Virus record (IMG/VR): IMGVR_UViG_3300030708_002291
Location: 1 to 53,406 of that record
DNA length: 53,406 nt
Source of the DNA: a virus
Lineage: Duplodnaviria > Caudoviricetes
Direction: 5' to 3' (one strand)
Below are positions 7,361 through 17,066 of the stretch, piece by piece. The notes beneath the pieces are model-generated. The model saw only the letters and a program-made list of their open reading frames with translations, ran no database searches and was not told where the DNA came from. Made by a program: the position numbers and the translations under genes. Within the stretch, counting starts at the first letter, position 1, and each line of letters begins with the position of its first letter.

Positions 7361-10251
7361 ACATCAACATCCACCCAGCAGTCCCTGAGAAGGACTACAT
7401 GGGCCACCAGTGGGCTCCGCAGCAGGTCGAGATACTGAACGACTTCGCCATGGACCTTGAGGCATGGGTCAAGGGGGAGACGGATGTAGGACCTCGCTTC
7501 GTCATCGAGGCCGTGGCAGGTTCTGGGAAGACCACCATCATCCGAGCCATGATCAAAATCGCAGCCCACATCGAGGCCAGCGGTTTAGGTCTTGACCGTC
7601 ATGCCCTGAGAAGGGCTACATCGGGTGGCCTGAAGACCATCGCCACGGCCTTCAATGTCACCATAGCCACCACCCTAAGGGATGTGCTGATAGAGGCCCA
7701 GAAGAACGGCTTCAAGGGGGCCACGACCATTGGCTCCCAGAAGGCCAACAACACCGTCAATGGGCTGGGATACCGCATCCTTAGGGAGCAGGCCAAGAGG
7801 ATGGGCGTGGCGCTGTCCATACAGGGCTCTGTCCCCAAGTATCGGGCTCTGAGCAGGATTGCCTTCGCAGAGTGGCTCAACAATCTGGGGCCAGAGGATA
7901 CCAAGGCCCTGTTCAACAAGATCGTCCGTGTTCAGGCTGATGCAGGGGTCAAGACCAACCATAGGAGAACGTGGTTTGCTATCTCCAATTCCGTGGAGGA
8001 TGCGGCCAGCATCCTGATGGATGAGGGATTCAATCCAAGGAACTTCAAACTGGACAAGGAGGCCATGGAGGAGGTCTTCAAGAAGGTCGGCGCTGTGAGA
8101 GGTGTTCGTGAACTCCTTGGATGGGAATTGGGATCGAATGCCTTCCTTCACATGGTTCACAGGGTGATGCTTCTGGGGAAGACCAGAGCCTTCGACACCA
8201 AGTCGATTTACCCTGTCGATTCCCATGGGAAGATGGCGACTGACTTCCTGTGTCCAAGACCGATTGACCATCCAAGGAGCAGGTTCTTCCCCGATGCAGG
8301 TAAGTTCGACACCGGACTGTACGCCTTCTGGAAAATAGCCGGAGAGGACCGTTTCAAGGCCTTCGACGGTCTTCAGGCCCTATGGCCCCCCAACGGTAAG
8401 AAGGACGCCAGAGGCAGCGTTGAGAAGCCCAAAGCAAAGGGTGTCCCAGAGGACGCCCGGTGCTGGGTTCTATCTGATGGCGACACATGGGTGGTGGCCT
8501 TCAATGGTGGGCAAAATGCAACCAAGAGGATCGAGGGGAAACCAGCGTGGAAGTGGGTTCGCAGCACAGGGCAGGTCGGTTCAGGGGGCATGGAGCATCG
8601 AGTCAAGCCCAACCAGAGGCTTCTGGATGGACTCACTGAGGCATTCGGGTCCAAGTTCTTCAACGGGACTGACGACGCCTCCTTAGAGGGGGAGACAGAG
8701 GCAGCGCCCATCAACGGCACTTGCACTGTGTCCTTCAGCGACCAGATATGGCTCCCTGTGGTCATGGACCTCAGGCTTGAGGACGCCATGGACGTTGCCT
8801 TCATCGATGAGGTGCAGGACCTGTCCTTCAGCAAGGCCGATCTAGTCCGACGTGCTGTCTCTGAGAACGGTGCATTCGTCATCGTCGGTGACAGGCGGCA
8901 GAGCCTGTACGCCTTCGCCGGGGCCAGAGCCAACAGCATGGATGAGAATGCCAGAGCCATAGGGGCCAAGGCATACCCTCTGACGACCTGCTACCGTGGA
9001 ACCCATAACGTGGCGGCTTCGGCCCGACGTGCCATGGCATCGGCTGTCAGAGCCATCGAAGGGACACGTCCTGATCTGAAGGCCCCTGACTACCAGAGCC
9101 ACCAGAGCCCGGACATCGAGACATGGGAGGAAGGCCCTAAGGAGATGACCATCGGGTTCGACCAGATAGTCGAGACGGTGAAAGGGATACGCAGCCTTGA
9201 TTCAGGTCATGACGGCATGTCCGTCATATCGAGGATAGCGGCTCCTCTGGGGACCGTCATCAAGAGCCTCCTTAGGGAGGGGATACCAGTGTCCACGCCA
9301 GCCATCAACAAGTTCGACAAGGACATCCTGAAGATGCTGAAGGCTCCCCTTCCAAGGGACTTCGGCAAGCCGACCAAGGCTTCACCCGGATTCGGGATAG
9401 GGGAGAACAATTCGCTCTATCCCAGAACGATGCGGAGACTTGCTGCCCAACTCAGGGAGTACCTGTTGTTGCAGGCCACGCAGAGGGCTGGTGGAGACAT
9501 GACGCAGGCCAAGAGAGATCAGAGATACAACGACGAGTGTGACATGCTGTCATTCACCATGAACCTGCTAGAGACGTTCTGGGAGCAGAACGACGAGGAT
9601 GTCAAGGAGATAACGGAATTCGCTGCTTGGATGAAGGAGGTTCTGTTCTCCAAGGATGCCAACGCCGTCCACGTCGCAACGGTCCACCGATACAAAGGAG
9701 AGCAGGCAGACAGGGTGTTCATCATCAGGTCGATGCCAGCCAAGAACGACAAGGGCGAGGACTATGACAGGGACTGCTTCCTGCTGAAGTTCGCCATCGA
9801 GAGCCACAGCACCAACGCCATCCAAGAGATGAATGCCCTGTACGTCGCAGCGACGAGGGCCAAGCGGCAGAACATCTGGGTCAGGGCGACATTGGAAGAT
9901 GACGATTCGGAGGACCTGATGGAGATCATCATGGACTGTGAGAACGGAGATACCGAATCCGAGCCTCTGGAGGCCCCTCAGAGCCACGCAAATGGTTCTG
10001 ATGGGGTATCGGAGCCTGAGAGCAAAGAAGGCGCTCAGATTGGCTCTATCGTGATCCCTGATGGTGTCATCACTGGAAGGTGCGCTAACTGCGGTGAATT
10101 CAGCAACCCTGACTTCAACGACGGTGAGGGTGTCGTCGGGACTCCAATCGGGCCGAGGGCGTTTTGCACTGAGAAGTGCTGGGCCCAATTCACCGGGAAC
10201 CCTGTCAAACCAGAGGGATACTACGGCTTCCTTAGGGGGGTGGGTGCTTGA
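7357..10251 (+). CDS. Superfamily 1 (UvrD/Rep-like) helicase with a large insertion and C-terminal Zn finger
   Basis: AVAGSGKT (motif I), FIDEVQD (II), VGDRRQSLY (III), TCYR (IV), TVHRYKG (V), LYVAATRAK (VI); CANC...FCTEKC tail. Confidence 0.9.
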   Translation: MNINIHPAVPEKDYMGHQWAPQQVEILNDFAMDLEAWVKGETDVGPRFVIEAVAGSGKTTIIRAMIKIAAHIEASGLGLDRHALRRATSGGLKTIATAFNVTIATTLRDVLIEAQKNGFKGATTIGSQKANNTVNGLGYRILREQAKRMGVALSIQGSVPKYRALSRIAFAEWLNNLGPEDTKALFNKIVRVQADAGVKTNHRRTWFAISNSVEDAASILMDEGFNPRNFKLDKEAMEEVFKKVGAVRGVRELLGWELGSNAFLHMVHRVMLLGKTRAFDTKSIYPVDSHGKMATDFLCPRPIDHPRSRFFPDAGKFDTGLYAFWKIAGEDRFKAFDGLQALWPPNGKKDARGSVEKPKAKGVPEDARCWVLSDGDTWVVAFNGGQNATKRIEGKPAWKWVRSTGQVGSGGMEHRVKPNQRLLDGLTEAFGSKFFNGTDDASLEGETEAAPINGTCTVSFSDQIWLPVVMDLRLEDAMDVAFIDEVQDLSFSKADLVRRAVSENGAFVIVGDRRQSLYAFAGARANSMDENARAIGAKAYPLTTCYRGTHNVAASARRAMASAVRAIEGTRPDLKAPDYQSHQSPDIETWEEGPKEMTIGFDQIVETVKGIRSLDSGHDGMSVISRIAAPLGTVIKSLLREGIPVSTPAINKFDKDILKMLKAPLPRDFGKPTKASPGFGIGENNSLYPRTMRRLAAQLREYLLLQATQRAGGDMTQAKRDQRYNDECDMLSFTMNLLETFWEQNDEDVKEITEFAAWMKEVLFSKDANAVHVATVHRYKGEQADRVFIIRSMPAKNDKGEDYDRDCFLLKFAIESHSTNAIQEMNALYVAATRAKRQNIWVRATLEDDDSEDLMEIIMDCENGDTESEPLEAPQSHANGSDGVSEPESKEGAQIGSIVIPDGVITGRCANCGEFSNPDFNDGEGVVGTPIGPRAFCTEKCWAQFTGNPVKPEGYYGFLRGVGA

Positions 10252-10388
10252 GCAGAGGCATCTGTGACGACGGCATCGCCTGTGAGCAGGATCATCCAAC
10301 GACGCTCAATGAGTATGGGTGCTGCCCTCTTTGCGAGGAGCAGCGCAACTACGAGAACGACAAGTTCCCATTGGGGGTGGGCGCTTGA
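10248..10388 (+). CDS. Small Cys-rich protein (46 aa; not in the ORF track)
   Basis: Manual translation MSRGICDDGIACEQDHPTTLNEYGCCPLCEEQ...LGVGA; TTGA coupling at both ends. Confidence 0.55.
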   Translation: MSRGICDDGIACEQDHPTTLNEYGCCPLCEEQRNYENDKFPLGVGA

Positions 10389-10690
10389 GCCATCCCCTCT
10401 GGGTCCAAGTGGCGCTAGACGTTCTGGAGATGGACGCCCTCCCTAAGGAGCCCCCGGTGGAGGGGGGGCTGTGTGGGGCGTGTGGCTGGGATAGCCGATG
10501 CACCCATGACGGCCTCCTTAGGGAGAGGTCCAACGGCAGTCACAGATGCAGCGGCTGTGGGCTCCTGACCCATGGCGGCGCTCTGGCTGGGGAGGAGTCC
10601 TGCCCAGAGTGCGGGAGGATCGCCAAGCCACTGGAGAGAGGCTATATTCTGAGCCATGGTTCGCTGGGTCCCAAGGAGGAGTCCGAATGA
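10385..10690 (+). CDS. Multi-CxxC Zn-ribbon protein
   Basis: CGACG, CSGCG and CPECG; coupled TTG start. Confidence 0.6.
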   Translation: MSHPLWVQVALDVLEMDALPKEPPVEGGLCGACGWDSRCTHDGLLRERSNGSHRCSGCGLLTHGGALAGEESCPECGRIAKPLERGYILSHGSLGPKEESE

Positions 10691-11232
10691 ACATCTTCAT
10701 GACCGACCTAGACCCATACCTTAGCGCCATAGCCCTCCCAGACAAGTTGTGCGTCAAGATGGCGCTGGAGACGACCCAGATAGCATCCACGGTGCAGCAC
10801 ATCCATGGGACGCCTGAGGACATCCTCAGGGAGGCTGGGGTGATCACCACCATGGGGACGGTGTATCGCCCGACCCATGCCAAGCATCCCTCGGTCCTCT
10901 GGGCGGCATCATCCAGAGATGCCTATGAGTGGACCGTCAGGCATGGCCTGTTCATCGCCAAGGAATACACATACAGGTTCGGCAGGACCCATGCCTGCCA
11001 TTCCGTCTTATGGGGTCTGAACGGACTCAAGGACAGGATACCCGAAGCCCGGATGCTGCCTGTGCCTATGGCGATGCCGGACGAATACAAGAGGGACGAT
11101 CCGACAGAGGCATACAGGATTTACATGAACGAGGCCAAGAGATACTATGCCAAGTGGACTCGCAGGCCACCACCAGACTGGTGGGTTTCCTTCGATGAGG
11201 TCGATGAGGCTGTTGAGGAGGTCATGGCGTGA
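10687..11232 (+). CDS. Pyrimidine-dimer DNA glycosylase / endonuclease V-like protein
   Basis: MNIFMTDLDP..A..LPDK..VKM.LE..Q, YRPTH.KHPS..W, EY..RFG..H, AMPDEYK and YR.Y match this family. Confidence 0.8.
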   Translation: MNIFMTDLDPYLSAIALPDKLCVKMALETTQIASTVQHIHGTPEDILREAGVITTMGTVYRPTHAKHPSVLWAASSRDAYEWTVRHGLFIAKEYTYRFGRTHACHSVLWGLNGLKDRIPEARMLPVPMAMPDEYKRDDPTEAYRIYMNEAKRYYAKWTRRPPPDWWVSFDEVDEAVEEVMA

Positions 11233-11306
11233 AGGACAGCAGGCCAAGGCTCCTAAGGAAGGTCGAGGACCCGATGTTCATCCTCTGGGAATACGAGGTG
11301 GCATGA
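11229..11306 (+). CDS. Putative 25-aa coupling peptide
   Basis: GTGA and ATGA overlaps at both ends; ends in EVA with a GAGGTG site. Confidence 0.35.
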   Translation: MKDSRPRLLRKVEDPMFILWEYEVA

Positions 11307-11644
11307 TGGGATCGAGATACGTCAACATAACCAAGGAGGAGATGGACAGGTTCCTCATCGATGCTCAGGGCTTTGAGGAGATGGACTTCCCATATGCGGA
11401 GGTCGTCTATCAGAGGCCAGCGAAGAGGGAAGGGACCTTCATCAGGATATACTCGTCCATCCACAAGGGAGGCAGAGCGAGGAGATCAGGGCAGGACGCC
11501 ATAAGGACGGTCATGCTCTCCAAGGATGGCTCTGAGATGAACCACAGCCCAGATGGCTACAAGGGCATCAAGAAATACAAGCGAGTTCACCGAACCAAGA
11601 ACTGGAGATTGAATCTCCTTAGTAGGTATGATTCTGACCTCTGA
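11303..11644 (+). CDS. Hypothetical protein
   Basis: GAGGTG before the ATG; IRIYSSI...G.DAIR...KRVHRTKNWR. Confidence 0.7.
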   Translation: MMGSRYVNITKEEMDRFLIDAQGFEEMDFPYAEVVYQRPAKREGTFIRIYSSIHKGGRARRSGQDAIRTVMLSKDGSEMNHSPDGYKGIKKYKRVHRTKNWRLNLLSRYDSDL

Positions 11645-11697
11645 TAGGGTCAGATGAGGGAGAGAGGATATAATCGAATCATCATTCAGGATCAGCC

Positions 11698-13278
11698 ATG
11701 ACCATGATGGCAGGGCCGAACGGACAACCGATTTTCATACTAAGAGATGGCACAGAGCGAACGACAGGAAGGACGGCGCAGCACAACAACATAGCCGCTG
11801 CGATGGCCGTCGCAGATGCAGTGAGGACCACATTAGGTCCCATGGGCATGGACAAACTTCTGGTGTCGGGAGGTGGGGAGAACGTCCTCATCACTAACGA
11901 CGGTGCGACCATCCTTAGGGAGATCGACATAGACCATCCAACGGCCAAGTTGGTGATCGAGGTATCCAAGAACCAAGAGGAGAAGTGCTTCGATGGCACG
12001 ACATCCGCCGTGGTCATTGCTGGGGAGTTGCTCAAGGAGGCGGAGGGGCTCCTCCAGCAGCAGATACACCCGACCATCATAGCCAGAGGATACAGGATGG
12101 CCTCACAGGAGGCTCTCAAGGAGTTGGAGAACCTCGGATGGGGTCCAACAGGGGATGACTTCTTCGGCGTGGCACACACAGCCCTGACGGGCAAATCCGC
12201 TGAAGCCGCCATCGAGGTGATCTCCAAGATGTGCGTTGAGGCTGTCGGCATGACGGCAGATGGCGAAGCATTCGACATGGACAACGTGAAGGTCCTATCC
12301 TTTGAGGGAGGAGCGTATGATGAGTCAGCCCTCCTTCCCGGTGTTCTGGTCGAGAAGGAGAAACTCCACTCCACCATGCCTATGGAGATAGAGAAGGCGG
12401 ACATCCTCCTCCTCATGTCAGCCATAGAGGTGAAGAAGACCAAGACCGACATGCAGTTCAACGTCAATGATCCAGCGCAGGTCGAGAAGTTCCTCGCACA
12501 GGAGGAGAAGGCCATCAGGGAGATGGTTGACAGCATCATAGAGTCCGGTGCTAACGTCGTGGTGTGCAACAAGGACGTGGATGATCTCGCAGCGCACTAC
12601 CTCGCCAAGGCTGGCATCTATTGCATCAAGAGGGTGAAGAAGTCGGACATGGAGTCTCTCCATCGACTGACAGGAGCCTCTCTCGTCAATGACGACATAA
12701 GCATGGACGCTCTTGGATCATGCTCCCTTAAGGAGATCAAGTTCGGGGAGCATAGATGCACCTTGATCGAGAAGGACGGGGCGAAGACAGTCACAGCCAT
12801 CCTTAGAGGATCGACAGGACACTCAGTCGATGAGATAGAGAGGGCATTCGATGATGCCCTTGGCGTCGTGGGACTGGCATTCAACGATGGGACTCTGGTC
12901 GCAGGTGGAGGAGCCATCCATGCGTGGTTGTCATACCATCTAAGGAAACTGGCAACCTCCAAGGGAGGCAGAGTGGGGATGGCGATAGAGGCATTCGCCA
13001 ATGCCCTTGAGGTCATACCGAGAACGCTCGCAGAGAACGCCGGGCTTGATCCAGTGGACACCATCTTGGACCTGAGGAAGCATGAGTCATTCACCCATGG
13101 AGTCTCCACGGAGGACGGCATCGTGGACATGATAGACGAGGGCGTCATAGAGCCCCGCAGCGTCATCTCCAATGCCATCTCAGCAGCCACAGAGGCATCT
13201 GTGATGGTCCTAAGGATAGACGACGTGATCTCCATGAAGGGAGGAGCCCCACCAGCCCCTCCTCAAATGGGCATGTAA
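11698..13278 (+). CDS. ths: Group II chaperonin (thermosome subunit)
   Basis: GQPIFIL, TLGPMGMDKL, ITNDGATIL, DGTTS, AGGGA, IPRTLAENAG.D and LRIDDVI; GGAPP..MGM tail. Confidence 0.97.
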   Translation: MTMMAGPNGQPIFILRDGTERTTGRTAQHNNIAAAMAVADAVRTTLGPMGMDKLLVSGGGENVLITNDGATILREIDIDHPTAKLVIEVSKNQEEKCFDGTTSAVVIAGELLKEAEGLLQQQIHPTIIARGYRMASQEALKELENLGWGPTGDDFFGVAHTALTGKSAEAAIEVISKMCVEAVGMTADGEAFDMDNVKVLSFEGGAYDESALLPGVLVEKEKLHSTMPMEIEKADILLLMSAIEVKKTKTDMQFNVNDPAQVEKFLAQEEKAIREMVDSIIESGANVVVCNKDVDDLAAHYLAKAGIYCIKRVKKSDMESLHRLTGASLVNDDISMDALGSCSLKEIKFGEHRCTLIEKDGAKTVTAILRGSTGHSVDEIERAFDDALGVVGLAFNDGTLVAGGGAIHAWLSYHLRKLATSKGGRVGMAIEAFANALEVIPRTLAENAGLDPVDTILDLRKHESFTHGVSTEDGIVDMIDEGVIEPRSVISNAISAATEASVMVLRIDDVISMKGGAPPAPPQMGM

Positions 13279-13389
13279 TCTGACCTTTGCTTATAAGGAC
13301 AGGCTCGCAGTCAATCGTTTTGTTCGGACAACATTGATATACCCACACCACTTCTGAGGTATGAGGACATGTTCCTCGGAGGTAAAAAT

Positions 13390-13842
13390 ATGAATGAGAA
13401 AACTGAGAACAAAACGACGAAAACGACGAATGCCAAACTGAAATTGACGGGCTTCCAGAGGATGTGCTTGGAACATGCCCTCGGAGTCGATTACGAATAC
13501 GAGGAATATGAGGACAGAGGTCGCCTCACTGCCGAGCAATGTGAGGACGCCCACGATTGGATACACGGCAAGTTGATGGTCCCATGGATACCCGGACAAA
13601 CCGAACCAGACTGGAAGCCGATAACAATCACCATACCCGCTGACATGATTGAGGCTGTATGGTATGTGTTGGACAATGCGCGTGATGCCAGCGTGATGCT
13701 GGCTGATGGCGAAATGTATCATAATATGCGATGCGATGATTACACAACGGGAGACATATCTGAGGAGTTGGCAGACAGCATCATAGACAGGACGAGTTAT
13801 GCAATCTGGGTTAAACTCAATGCGCTCAAGGAGTTGATTTGA
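13390..13842 (+). CDS. Hypothetical protein with N/T/K-rich N-terminus
   Basis: GGAGGT site then MNEKTENKTTKTT; preceded by a short intergenic gap. Confidence 0.7.
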   Translation: MNEKTENKTTKTTNAKLKLTGFQRMCLEHALGVDYEYEEYEDRGRLTAEQCEDAHDWIHGKLMVPWIPGQTEPDWKPITITIPADMIEAVWYVLDNARDASVMLADGEMYHNMRCDDYTTGDISEELADSIIDRTSYAIWVKLNALKELI

Positions 13843-14127
13843 ATGGGGGATGAATATTTCGTAATACCCAATGCGTGGTCTTCCACTGGTGACGGCGGCG
13901 CTCCGGGCAGGACGGCTCACATTATGAGAAAGCCAATGAACAGTGAATACGATCTTTCGTTTGATGGGTACTATGCCACTCTATGCAAACCACATGCTTG
14001 GTGCGCTACTAACTGGCTTGCGAGTAAGACGAACGAGAGATACCCTATATGCCAGCGGTGCTTGAGGAAATGGAAGCGAATGGGTGGAGAGATTGTCGAT
14101 GGCGCCTTGAAGATGGAGGTGGCCTGA
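13843..14127 (+). CDS. Hypothetical protein with His/Cys motif
   Basis: AH...LC...CQRC; abuts neighbouring genes. Confidence 0.6.
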   Translation: MGDEYFVIPNAWSSTGDGGAPGRTAHIMRKPMNSEYDLSFDGYYATLCKPHAWCATNWLASKTNERYPICQRCLRKWKRMGGEIVDGALKMEVA

Positions 14128-14388
14128 ATGAGCAGGAAGGTCGTGGAATATAGGATTCATTGGGGTAGCGAAGGAGACTCACACGACATTGAGTTTGTCG
14201 AGGGTAAGAACTGGCGATATGCGAAAGAGGTCGTTAGGCAGTGTGAAGATGGGGCGATCCCATATTGCGATGTCACGAAATTGAGCATTCAATGGATAGA
14301 GAGAGTCGTGGATACTTGGTGCGAATTTGAGTGTAGCATCATTGACTCCGAGTATGATATTCTATGGGAACAGGAGGAATCAGAATGA
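14128..14388 (+). CDS. Hypothetical protein
   Basis: GGAGGTG ribosome-binding site; contiguous operon. Confidence 0.6.
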   Translation: MSRKVVEYRIHWGSEGDSHDIEFVEGKNWRYAKEVVRQCEDGAIPYCDVTKLSIQWIERVVDTWCEFECSIIDSEYDILWEQEESE

Positions 14389-14615
14389 GTGACAGGATAG
14401 TCAGCATCACGCATGGCGAGTACGAGATAATGAGTCTCATTCAGGACACCATCGATCTGAGCGAGTTGAAGGAGAGCATGTGCAACGACAGGGTGAGCAG
14501 AGACAGGTTCGATAAGGCCGCTAAGAGTGTCGCCGTCCTGATTGACAACATGATGAGCAGGCGTACACACAGATTGCCTAAGGGACATCGTGACTACAAG
14601 GAGAGAGAGGCATGA
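14385..14615 (+). CDS. Hypothetical protein
   Basis: ATGA coupling. Confidence 0.6.
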   Translation: MSDRIVSITHGEYEIMSLIQDTIDLSELKESMCNDRVSRDRFDKAAKSVAVLIDNMMSRRTHRLPKGHRDYKEREA

Positions 14616-14887
14616 AGGTATTCCGACATGCCGTTGTTGGCAACAGGAACCTGTGCGGTGCGCCGAGGAAATCAATGCCTGAGAGATACATGTCGAGTGA
14701 GAGGTATCTGCATGAGGTCAAGGCATGTCCCAAGTGCAAGGAGATGGACCCTGAACTGAAGGGCTTCGATGAACTGCTGAAGCAGCAGCCAGTGGTGTTG
14801 CAGCAGCCAGTCGTGAAACCAGCCGTTGTGCATGTCAACACCACCCTATACCTGCGTGACTACCTGACAGGGAGGGATTCCCAATGA
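14612..14887 (+). CDS. Hypothetical Zn-binding protein
   Basis: H...LCG...CPKC; ATGA coupling. Confidence 0.6.
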   Translation: MKVFRHAVVGNRNLCGAPRKSMPERYMSSERYLHEVKACPKCKEMDPELKGFDELLKQQPVVLQQPVVKPAVVHVNTTLYLRDYLTGRDSQ

Positions 14888-15066
14888 GCAGCACACTATG
14901 CCTGCTGTGTGGCATCATCGAGATAACGACTCCTAAGGAGGGGCGTCGTCGGGTGGGTGGCGTCTGGATCGACAACGTGTTCTATGAGCCTGATCAGATA
15001 TGCACCGAGTGCATGGGCAAACACATTGCCTCGGTCATCAACAGGAGGTGGTCAAATGAGTCCTAA
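14884..15066 (+). CDS. Small Zn-finger protein
   Basis: CLLC...CTEC. Confidence 0.55.
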   Translation: MSSTLCLLCGIIEITTPKEGRRRVGGVWIDNVFYEPDQICTECMGKHIASVINRRWSNES

Positions 15067-15562
15067 GGGAGATACATCGAACAATCCGGCATTGGAGTAT
15101 GTAAGGATGGTAATGAGGAGGTTGAAAGAGAGAGACTATAACCCCCGACCTCCACGGACGGATGCCCAGAGTGGGCAGGATATGATAGATATGAATGAGA
15201 AAACACCAAGAAAACAAAACAAAAAATGGACGAAAATGGAAGACAGGAAACTGCTCGCTATGGCGGAGAAGAGAGTGAAAAGGTCGGAGAGGGCAAAGGT
15301 TCTGAAAAGATCCGTGATGGCTTGTGACCAGAGGCTGTTCAACCTCAGGCAGGCAAGCGGGACGAATCCACTCAAGACGAATGGGGTCAAGAGGACCGCT
15401 GCCATCAACAAGGTTATTCCAGCCTCAGATGATGAAATGGTCAAGATGCTGAAGTCGATGGAGGAGATATTCAAGCAGAACACTCGTCAGAGGGCTGTGA
15501 TACAGGCCACCATCGACAAGATGGAGAATATATTGGTCAATCTAAAGAGGTCTTTGGAATGA
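15056..15562 (+). CDS. Myb/SANT-like helix-turn-helix protein with coiled-coil tail
   Basis: KWTKMEDRKLL...AKVLKRS..AC.QRL resembles a Myb repeat. Start uncertain (15056 or about 15182-15191). Confidence 0.55.
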   Translation: MSPKGDTSNNPALEYVRMVMRRLKERDYNPRPPRTDAQSGQDMIDMNEKTPRKQNKKWTKMEDRKLLAMAEKRVKRSERAKVLKRSVMACDQRLFNLRQASGTNPLKTNGVKRTAAINKVIPASDDEMVKMLKSMEEIFKQNTRQRAVIQATIDKMENILVNLKRSLE

Positions 15563-16566
15563 GTAAGAAAAGAATCAAGGAAACCTTGAGCGATGCAGGC
15601 ATCACTAGAGTCCCTGCCGATCTCGGACCGTCATTGAAGGCCCTCGCAGAAGTCTGTGAGGACATATACAAGGAGCAGATTGGAGATGCCATGTATCTCC
15701 CTGAGAGTGAGCGGAAAGAGGCAGGTAGTCTGGAGGAGGTCCACAAGACCGACATCGAGATACTCGTTGCAGGAAAGTCCCTGAGGCTCGTCAGAGACAA
15801 CCCCGGAAAACCAGCCATCGTGATACCCTATGGCATGTCAGACAAGGTGACGACAGCAGCGATGCCATGGTCATGGGTTTGCTCCATGCTATACCAGTCA
15901 TTGGTGACGGCATTCGGAGAGGAGGGATTCGTCCAAGACCTCTCCAAGTGGATTAACGATGAGATCAACAAGGCGACCAAGACTGACAATGGCAGAATCA
16001 AGATAGAGACATCCAAACTGCCATCACCCAAGAATGCGATAGCAGTGTCAGAGTTCCTTGAGTCCCTCAAGAGGACATCAGTCAGCAAATCAAGAGGATC
16101 AACGAGGATAAACCTCGCTGTTTCCGTCAACGACGCACGACAATCAGGGGGTAGAGCCCCTTCGATTGAAGATATCGTGGCAAATACGACTCCAGAACCG
16201 ACAAGGGGTGATGGCGATATCGAGGTTTCTCATATCCCCTCACTTCCAAACAACACGTCGTCACCCAGCACAGAAGTGAGTATGGCTACGCGCAACAGTG
16301 CCTCGGAGACGGAGGGAACGGGAGATGGAGGGGAATCATTCACTCCTCCATCTTCCACCCTAAGGGAAGACATAGACAGCATGATCATGGGTGTCTTCAC
16401 AGGAGAGCCACTGTCCATAGGGCAGATACGAAAGAGGATGCCAGAGAGCGTCTCAGAGGTCATCTGGAGGAGCCATCTGGATGGACTGGTCAATCAGGGC
16501 GTCGTCACCAAGGAGGGCGTCAGGAGATCCACCAAGTACACCCTTAGCGTGGAGGTGGCCGCATGA
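15559..16566 (+). CDS. Hypothetical protein with probable C-terminal winged helix
   Basis: LSIGQIRKRM...LDGLVNQGVVTKEG.RRSTKY after a low-complexity linker. Confidence 0.7.
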   Translation: MSKKRIKETLSDAGITRVPADLGPSLKALAEVCEDIYKEQIGDAMYLPESERKEAGSLEEVHKTDIEILVAGKSLRLVRDNPGKPAIVIPYGMSDKVTTAAMPWSWVCSMLYQSLVTAFGEEGFVQDLSKWINDEINKATKTDNGRIKIETSKLPSPKNAIAVSEFLESLKRTSVSKSRGSTRINLAVSVNDARQSGGRAPSIEDIVANTTPEPTRGDGDIEVSHIPSLPNNTSSPSTEVSMATRNSASETEGTGDGGESFTPPSSTLREDIDSMIMGVFTGEPLSIGQIRKRMPESVSEVIWRSHLDGLVNQGVVTKEGVRRSTKYTLSVEVAA

Positions 16567-17066
16567 ATAGTGAATCGGGCCAGCCAGAACAGGAGATATG
16601 GTATGCAGTCCATATGAGGGAGCCACCGTATGTGAAAATCATTGAGGAGATGGTCAACCCCTCCTTAGAGGAATTACAAGAGGCCGTTAAGGGGTCGTCG
16701 CCTAGAGGGATGATTGAGAGAGTCCCCAACAAAGTCGGGTTTGAGGTATATTGCCATGAGGAGGGACTGATGTGGCAATTGCCACAGAATAACCTATTCG
16801 GATCGATGGTCGGATGGAGAAACATGGACACCATTTTTCACATGACCATGTTCCCCAATCTAGGAACCATAGTCATCAAGGACAATGATGCCCTAAGGAA
16901 ATGGGATAGCGGGATACTCTACAACGATCTAGTCAGGATAGCAAAGTGGGGGAAGACTCAGTGTAAGGTATGTGGATCAGGAAGGGATGCCGAAGAGATA
17001 GAGAACGAACACCTTCACAACAACTGCAAAGTGTGTGACAGCAAAATCAGGGGGGAGGAGGAATGA
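16563..17066 (+). CDS. Hypothetical protein (DUF3846-like N-terminus, C-terminal CxxC pair)
   Basis: PSLEELQEAV.G..IE.V...YCHEEG....LP.N pattern. Confidence 0.55.
   Translation: MNSESGQPEQEIWYAVHMREPPYVKIIEEMVNPSLEELQEAVKGSSPRGMIERVPNKVGFEVYCHEEGLMWQLPQNNLFGSMVGWRNMDTIFHMTMFPNLGTIVIKDNDALRKWDSGILYNDLVRIAKWGKTQCKVCGSGRDAEEIENEHLHNNCKVCDSKIRGEEE

Noticed and set aside
11682-13235. Long antisense ORFs opposite the thermosome, and similar ones opposite the helicase, ArdC-like and tail genes
   Set aside because: Shadow frames caused by biased codon usage of the real genes.
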